A stretch of 61,352 nt of DNA, the filler included, from Platydemus manokwari (lineage: Eukaryota), in NCBI GenBank assembly GCA_037951405.1. It is 6 parts of 6 records of this genome, joined end to end, with 100 filler letters (N's around TTAATTAATTAA, not from the genome) between each part and the next. Parts side by side here need not be neighbours in the genome. Positions count along the whole stretch, not along the records: positions 51,385 to 61,352 come from JBBMOY011183878.1; 5 more parts are not named here. One strand, 5' to 3'. The position numbers and the translations under genes are program-made. Positions 53,590-61,352 of the stretch are shown here, piece after piece. The first letter of the stretch is position 1, and each line of letters starts with the position of its first letter. Below the pieces are notes generated by a model. It ran no database searches. It had not been told where the DNA came from and saw nothing but the letters and a program-made list of their open reading frames with translations.

Positions 53590-53773
53590 TTTTGATTGTC
53601 CGCATTGCGTCTTTGGTAAAAACTTGAACTCAACTTCAAAAGACTATCTGAATATTCTTGTTCGATTGCCGATCGTCGCTTGTACAAATCAAGAATATTT
53701 CCCAATATACCATTATCGATGGTCACTTTCGATTCGAGGCATTTGATTTGCTCTGTGAATTGCTGGCTAAAAT
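53590..53773 (-). CDS. SRGAP: srGAP-like (Slit-Robo GAP) F-BAR/FCH domain exon
   Basis: TTTTAG|...|GTAAAT-bounded open exon: (D)FSQQFTEQIKCLESKVTIDNGILGNILDLYKRRSAIEQEYSDSLLKLSSSF. Compare srGAP EIRAQLTEQMKCLD..LLQDLQDFFRKKAEIEMDYSRNLEKLAERF. FCHSD/nervous wreck is the alternative assignment. Confidence 0.75.
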
Positions 53774-54532
53774 CTAAAATTCGTATCGTTTATCAAACAA
53801 AGACAAACATATTTTGAAATAGAAGCGAATTAACAATTTTAGAAGTACAAATTTAATTTCATAAATAAAAACAATTATTATGTTTAACCTCTTATTTGGG
53901 TCTCAAATTGTTTCATTAAAAAATCTCTACAAAATTAATATTTATCATTTAAATTCAGAAATGTAACTTATAAGGTTATGTAAATTTAATACCAATGGTT
54001 TATTTAAACACAAATAATTTTTGAAAGAAATGTTAATAAATAATAATGGAATTTATAACATTTTAAATATTACATTAAAATCTTTTTTTGTGATTATGTG
54101 TGTGATAAACTTTTACCAAACAATATACAATAAATTAAGAATATTTTATTAAAAGTTTAAATCACAAATAATTTAGTTTAGGCACAATTTCTTCGACAAA
54201 TGTTTTTATTTAATACATTGGTAGTAAAAATTTGAGAATGATTTCACTAAACTTAATAATTATGATTTAGCTATGCTGGTTTTCAAATCAATTTAGTTCT
54301 GAAATAATTTATTTAAATTAAATTTCTTATCTATTCTAGCCATTTAATTAGCTTAAATCAGTCAATTGTTTCAAAATCGAATCTAACTTAAATTAAGAAA
54401 ATGGGTTCGATTATCAAATTTTATTATGATGCATTTTCAAGTTTAGCTTGAATTTATAATTTATTTTTGTTTTTCTAAAATTTTATGGTAATTATTAAAT
54501 TTTTATAAAATTTTAATGTTAGTGAAAAATTG

Positions 54533-56392
54533 GGCCTAAGATAAGAAAAGGAGTCCTAAAATAAAATTGCATTTGTATGTGTCATCGATGAAGATGCCAT
54601 ATTTAATTAATTTATATGCTGCAAACAGTCTCTCTCACCTACAAAAGGTCAAGATATTTTTTATAAAATAACAATATATGCCTCGAAAAATATGGCTTGT
54701 CCTGGGATTTATGTGTGGGAATATGTACCGATGGAGCACCACCAATGGCTGTTCTGTTAAAGGTTTTCATCTTTAGTGGAAAAACAGAATCCTGCAATCG
54801 TGAGAACTCATTGTCTTTTACACAGATAAGTATTAGTTTCAAATAAAGCGCAAAAATAAACTAAAGGAAGCATCGAATCAAGTGATCGAGATGGTAAATT
54901 TCATAAAGTACAAAATTTTTGAGTTGCTGTGCAAGGATATGGATTCCCATCATATTCGTTTACTATCGCACACAGACATAAGATAGTTATCCAAGGAAAG
55001 GTGCTATCTTGCGTATTGAAGCTTCAGAAAGAACTTTTTATTTTTTTTGAAAATAAAAAGTTTGAAATATTTTGTAAATTCCTTAAGAATGAATTGTGGA
55101 GGTCCAAAATAAAGTACTTAAGTGAGAAATTTGACATATCAATAGTTTGAATAGCCCAATGGAAGGCAGAAATGAAAATATTCTTACAGCAACCGATAAA
55201 TTATTTACTTTTAAGAAAAAATTGCAATATGGAAGAAAATAATGATGATTAACGATTTAGATATGTTTCAATCAGTCCGCAAAACCCGCGTTACCGAGAT
55301 GATTTTCATTATTACTGAGATTTTGACAATTTTGAAAAATGAAATTGAAGAATATTTCCCCTCAATCAAAATTGTAGAATTTGATTGGATTCGCAATTCT
55401 TTCCTAGATTTATCGATCATTAATCTTTCCAACTTTGAGTTATGCGAAGAGGAAGAACTAGTGAATCTTTCTAGTGATCGGGAACTCAAATTGAAGTGCG
55501 CACAACTGCCATTAGACGCCTTTTGTATTTCTGTTATGGAACAATATACAATTCTCAGTAAAAAAAAGCCATCAAAGTCTTACTGCAATTCTCAACTTTG
55601 TACCGATGTGAACTGGGATTTTCTTACCTAAAGAACATTAAAAATAAAAAAACACATGAAATACTTAAAAAAATTGAAGAATCGTTAAGAGTATGTCTTT
55701 CTCACATCCCCCCACAAGTTGAAGGAGTATTAAAGAAGCACCAGGCACAGCTGTCATTCTGATATTTCACCATTATTATTCTATACTCTGTATTAAATAC
55801 ATGATATGCTGTATTTATGTGAATAAAAATTCTCCTTATATGATCTTCTTTGGTTTATATTATATATTTGACGAACGTCTTTATGAGTAGAAAATATTTA
55901 GTTTTTGTGATAAATGTGCCTTGAAAATTCAAAGAGCTCAATAGTATGCCTCAATACAAGAAAGATTGGAAACTACTGCACTAGAGCTTCTAAATCTCTC
56001 GAAATTTAATTTTTTGAAAAAGGAATCAAAGGAGGTCAAATTGCAAATTATTGGAAATTAGTGAGGACACCCTTTTAACGTCAGAAGTACATTAAGAGAT
56101 TTTCTCAATTTTATAAAAATAACACATGATATTATTAAACATATCTGTAATTAACTAGCTCGATTTATAATTATAAAAATTTAATTTAAAAGCTCGAATA
56201 ATCATATAGAAGTGCTGTGAAGAACTTGGATTGAAAACTATGTTTTGTCCATATAAAAAGTGAGATATTACTGAATTACACGAATATATAAACATCGCAA
56301 ATATATATAAAATTAAGTTATAAAATTATCTTATGCTGGAAAAATCATTATTACAAAAGTATTTCAAAGGACTCCTTTCCTAAACTTAAGCC
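54533..56392. mobile_element. Putative MULE-like non-autonomous element (TIR pair) enclosing the hAT remnant
   Basis: GGCCTAAGATAAGAAAAGGAGTCCT at 54533 versus an inverted copy ending at 56392 (21/25 identity). The 9-bp flanks GAAAAATTG and GAAATATTT match at 7/9. A related terminus is at about 5853-5888. Confidence 0.45.
54566..55978 (+). mobile_element. hAT (Buster/Charlie, ZBED8/SCAND3-like) transposase pseudogene, 3' portion with right TIR
   Basis: Remnants TKGQDIF, CTDGAP, GKVLSCVLKLQKEL, LLQFSTLYRCELGFS and LRVCLSHIPP..QAQLS. Right TIR reverse complement CAGTAGTTTCCAATCTT, followed by the Buster-type 8-mer CACTAGAG. Confidence 0.9.
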
Positions 56393-58949
56393 GAAATATT
56401 TCATAAATTAATTGGAGTTCAATTATCCTTTGTTAGTATGGTTTAAAAATAACTCGGCTTTCCCTATGGATGAAACACTCTGTTTTATTACATGATGTTT
56501 TTTGATTTTTTTACAAGGATCAATATACTCAGTTAATATGGGGGTGGATTTTTTGTGTAGATCTTACGTAAGAAGGCTAAATTGTTTACAATGTTGAATA
56601 GAATAAAAGGAATACCAAACCAGGTTTCTTTTCTGTTCAAAACACCTTTATTACATGTGCGTTATTGGCATTTATTTGATTGTTGAAATTTGCAAACAAA
56701 TTTTATAGGATTTTCGCTACTACACATTTCCGATCTATATATCCAATTTAAAATATCAGCCAGTGAAGTTTATTTTTTAATCCATTATTAGAAACTTCGT
56801 CCAACTATTGGAGATTCTAAGACTAAAAATACAATTGTCGTTGAGCCAGTAAATAGAGAAATGGATTACCTGTACAAAATCCCGACTTGCACTAGAATTT
56901 CTTAGTAAGTAAATGTATTGATTCCTTCTTAAAATGATCTATTTTCCATTGAAAATCAATAAAGTAAATCAGATTTAAATGGAAGTTTCAAGCATATACT
57001 ACCCAGGCATAGGGCCATTCTTCATTCAGTCTACGATGTTTTACTATTCAATTCTGATAATAAAATAGTTATGCCTAAAACTGTACCTACAAGGAATCTA
57101 TTGTTCAGTTATGATTTGATAAGAAAAATATCTTTTAATAATTATTATGATTGAGTCTCGATCGATTTGAATAGTTTTCACTTAAATATTCTGGTTTATT
57201 ATCAAGAATTTCTCTAAAATAAACAATTTTTCCTGTCTCATCTACGTCCCGTACAGCAGGGAATATAGAGCTTTACAATGAATACATTTCACTAAAAATA
57301 GTATCAATTATCCTTATTAACGTCATATTTATTCAATTTGGAATTCTTTACTTGTAGGGAAAATGGTGAGTTGTTTTGTAATCCTAGACTCAACAAGGAA
57401 TTCACACTACTGGGTTTTTTTTTATCTCTACACTTTCCTACAAAGAATCATTTTACAATTAGTTTTCATGAAAAATTGCCTGGTATTCCTATAACGACTT
57501 TATCTTATATAAATTATCACTGTTCTTTGTTTTATCGATAATATTTTTCATAAAATTTCAATGTCGAATATTTATTGTCTCATAAAAATAATTCAGATTT
57601 TTTTCTAATTTGCTTGAAAGTAGAATTCCTTTAATCACGACTGTCGGTAGTAGAGCTTGCATAACAGAAGATCTAATCAGCTGAATATGTAAGGTACGTG
57701 CCAGAAGAAATCTTACCGAGCTTTTAAGTGACAAGAAAGAGTTAAGAGCGAGATAGATCATCACCTGTTCGTTCGTTTTAAGCTGAGTGGCTTTGAGAAG
57801 TGAAACAGAATTCTATTTTTATAATTACATTTTTTCGGAATTCATAACGAGCATTTAGAACGAGAAAAATGAGAGGATTGATTGTGAGAGTTTCTAGGAA
57901 ATGAAAGGGTTTCTGCTCAGTGAGCAACAAATGAAGGCTGTGCTTCATGGTATATGAGCGCATAGTGAGTATGTGTAATAAACGAAGATGACTTTGGAAT
58001 TATTCGGTAGCGGTGTGGGTGAGAGAATAAATTACTGTTTCACCATTACCTCAAGGTGATATGAATCAAACCCACACATACCAAGGTTTTATTTATTACG
58101 TTTATACCTGAAATTTTAGAACATAGAGCAGTAGTTAATTATTATATGTAACAAATACTTGTAATTACCGAGGCTCTACGTAAATATTTAATACTTATCT
58201 TACAATCAATTATTGCAATGTAATTTATAAAATCAATGATTTTACATTTTTCACTGAAAAATCGATATAAAAAGTAAAAGGTTTAAATAAATTAATGGAT
58301 TTATATGGGATGTTATAATGATCAGAAAATTAAGGTATTCCTCAATCAATTACTGATAATCAATAAATTAATCACATGATGAATGTATTCTTAGCAGAAA
58401 TTTTTGGAGTTTTTTACCATTATGAGTTTTATTCTTAGCAGTAAATCGATTTAAAATTTATTGCATGATCTTATTATTGTATTTTATTTATGTCTCAATG
58501 GCTCTTAAGAAGTTTCGATGGTGAATATTGGAGACCACACTATTGGAAAGGTCTTTGACTGAATGATCTGAAGGTGATCCATACGTAAATAACGCTGCAG
58601 TTATGAGTACTATATTTTCAACTGTATAGTTTGATAATTGTTGTAATGAGACTAAAAATAAAATCATTAAATTGTATGTCAATCTTCAAAATGGTATTGT
58701 TGCTATGACAATAACCAAAACTATCCATGAATAATAATTTATTTATATTGAAATAAAACGACACTAGCAATTTAAATTAAATTAAAGTATTATTTTTTCA
58801 GTGCCAAGTGCTCCACAAAAGTGGGTTACTGGAAATCTGTAAGCGGACAGAGAAGAATGTTTTGTTGGCAAGGTAATAATGGCAACATTAACAAATTTAT
58901 TTATGGATCACGTAATATTATAATTTATTAACTTCAATTGAGTGTGGTT

Positions 58950-59990
58950 AAGTAAAATATGGGTTACTTAACTTGAAAATAAAATAGACAACCTACTTCC
59001 ACTCGTGCTTGTAAATTTAAAATTTTCTGAAATCGAACTCCTTGTACAAAGCCTGTGCGAACAAAGATTCCCAAATGATATCATTCGAAGCTATACCATT
59101 AAATCATAGCCAGTATTTACCTTCTTGATCGATTCAATACACCGATCGATCGTATATGATTCAAGAATGTCTCCAATTCTTATCTTCCAAATAGCGTTTA
59201 TAATAATTGTGATTTCTCGACGACTATTCAACTGAGTCATTTCTATTGTGGTCGTTTAATTATATGAGAATTTTTATCATTTTTATGGAATGTCCATGGT
59301 TCTTTCTATCGATTGTTCCATGGGTCAAGGTTCCCTATTTCGATTATATAATCGTTCAATGTTTCAACCAATCCTGTCTCCAAATTTTAAACTGTTTCGG
59401 TCATTAGCTCAAGTTCTTACACAATGACCTTCAGCTTTTGCCATGGAAATAAATTGCCTGTTTTCAATTTTCTCATTTTTCCATGGCAGCGAATAGTCCT
59501 TTAGTTGTACATTATAGCTTTAACGGGATATTTACTCCCAACTCGCGATAGTACACTTCTAAGCTGATTGTAAGAATTTTCTCTTTGTCAATCATGAGTT
59601 CCTCCGCCTTAGTACTTGCTATTAGATTATGTAAGTACCTAATTTTAAGAAATTGATGTTTCGTTGATCATCATTTTAAGTCCATCTTTGTTTTTTTGCA
59701 ATATTTTCTACGTCATTTGCATAAGTGAGGCATAAAATCCAATGATTTACAATTATAAGACCTCTAACAAGATAGTTGTTCACTTGTATCAATATTAAAT
59801 TGATGGCTATGTTGAATAAAAGCTTAGAGATTGGAAAGCCTCGTTGGACTCCTCTTTCATTTCTGATTACATTCTTTCATAATCTCAACATTTAAGAGTG
59901 GTTTAATAGTTTTCGTAGGGGTATCGTATAGTTTAATTAGACATATATGTTCACGATTGTAAACATCATTTCAAGATCTAATGAAAGAGG
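58950..59990 (-). mobile_element. Decayed LINE reverse transcriptase
   Basis: Minus strand reads ERGVQRGFPISKLLFNIAI (about GVRQGCPLSPLLFN, 59800-59860), ILCLTYANDV (YADD, about 59710-59740), then RYL (about 59635). Confidence 0.8.
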
Positions 59991-61352
59991 AGTTTTCTTC
60001 GATGTCTAAGAATCATATGTGTTTTTTTTCTTACTGTTATTGGTTATATCACAAATAAATGAATATGGTAATAAGAACCAAGAAAAGAACCTTTAAAAAG
60101 AGTCAATACACACAGACTCGATAAACACACGTGCCGTCAACCAATAAGATCCATTCTAATGTTATTTTATATTTAGAAGCTAAGAATAGACAAGCACATA
60201 TCTAAATATGGCACCAAGCTCAAATATCCGCCAATGGCACGGGAGATATAAGGACAATCTCAAGTAAATCGATCCACGAACAAATTCAGTGAATGGAAAA
60301 CGAAGATAGTGACATCAAGTAGATACACCTGATAGGACTATAAAAGAGGTTGAGTTCCATGGATATTTGCCAGTCTTTTTTAGTCGGTAACTTCAGTGCA
60401 TAGTTTACGTGTGATTTTAATAATAAGTCTTTTTGATTATTTTTCATTCTGTTTTTAACTTTTTAATTTTATACAAATTTTCAGATCTAAATTTTTGATT
60501 GATAACCCAAGACTGTGTTCTTTTAAAATGGCTCGGAGCGAAAACTTTTGTTCAGCACATCTGTTACTTGGACTTAGGCTCTTCTGAAGTGAATGCATTT
60601 AGTTCTTTTCACAAATCCAATTCTTCAGTTGTTTGCAGTCGAGCAGAGCAAGAGGACGCCAGCAACTGACTTGCCGATAATGCCTTTCTTCGTGGGTTTG
60701 AGTATCATCAATGTTGCATGTATTTTCGATTCAGCAGGTATTATCTTGTGTCTGGAATTTGCATGTAGAGGGTCTTTATAGTTTCGTACTTTAATAAGAG
60801 CCATAACCGTTTTATACGATATGCGTTTCATGGGGCTAATACCGATATTCTCACAGTGATAATAAATCCTTAATTAATGCACAGTCAGTTATACCATGTA
60901 CCAAAACATGTTTATTGCAATACTACATAAAACATTTTAACATCATTCATTGCCAAGTGGAATTTAAAGAGATCCATATAAGATTAAAGAAAAATGACTC
61001 TAATTCTTCAAGGAAAGATAAAATCACCTACAAGAATATTATGCCCGATGGACGTGACAATAAACTCATCACCTTCGTAATCTAGACATATATTGAGATC
61101 AGAAAATTTTTCAACCGATGGAAAACATACAGTATTGCCATGTTCTCGAAACATATATAAAAATGGTATTTCAACAATGACTTAAAATGCTTAAATATAA
61201 ATTATAATTATAAATGAACATGCATATACAAACTGTTTCAAAGTGGTTGACTAAATTCCTTGACATCTTTTTCTGGAGAGCTTTAGCTATCAATCTTAAT
61301 CAGATATAAATAAAAATATTTAAATTATTTATTAATTACTTTATAATAAATA

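Noticed and set aside
19039-53773. An adhesion/cytoskeleton gene cluster (parvin, catulin, L1-like, srGAP-like, all on the minus strand)
   Set aside because: Each gene sits on a different contig joined by artificial spacers, so physical clustering cannot be supported.
60593-60831. Opposing short ORFs near the window end
   Set aside because: No recognisable domain or splice support.

Overview
Very AT-rich eukaryotic genomic DNA with short (42-61 nt) GT-AG introns, (TAA)n microsatellites and many decayed transposons. The composition and element types suggest a planarian-like (triclad) flatworm; this is an inference. The window is six contigs of about 9-12 kb joined by artificial 100-bp spacers (N44-TTAATTAATTAA-N44), plus one 161-N gap. 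Genes spliced by hand: (1) the last two exons of a parvin (CH2 domain, minus strand); (2) a complete 4-exon SARNP/CIP29/Tho1 gene (plus, 259 aa, six RxxRFG-type motifs); (3) the last six exons of an alpha-catulin-like gene (minus), tail-to-tail with SARNP; (4) nine exons of an L1CAM/neuroglian-like receptor (minus) that runs from Ig domains straight into the TM with no FN3 repeats and has IIGKY in place of FIGQY; (5) F-BAR exons of an srGAP-like gene (minus) spread over two contigs. Mobile DNA includes a Tc1-like family (3 copies), a mariner 3' end, a hAT/Buster remnant bracketed by MULE-like TIRs, RLE-type and other LINE fragments, Gypsy-like remnants and a Penelope-like GIY-YIG trace. The best candidate for something undescribed is the FN3-less L1-like receptor, together with candidate splicing elements near it: a 12-nt UGC-type microexon next to a strand-specific G-U hairpin, and small exons that would remove the ankyrin motif. 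All homology calls come from recalled family motifs, not database searches.
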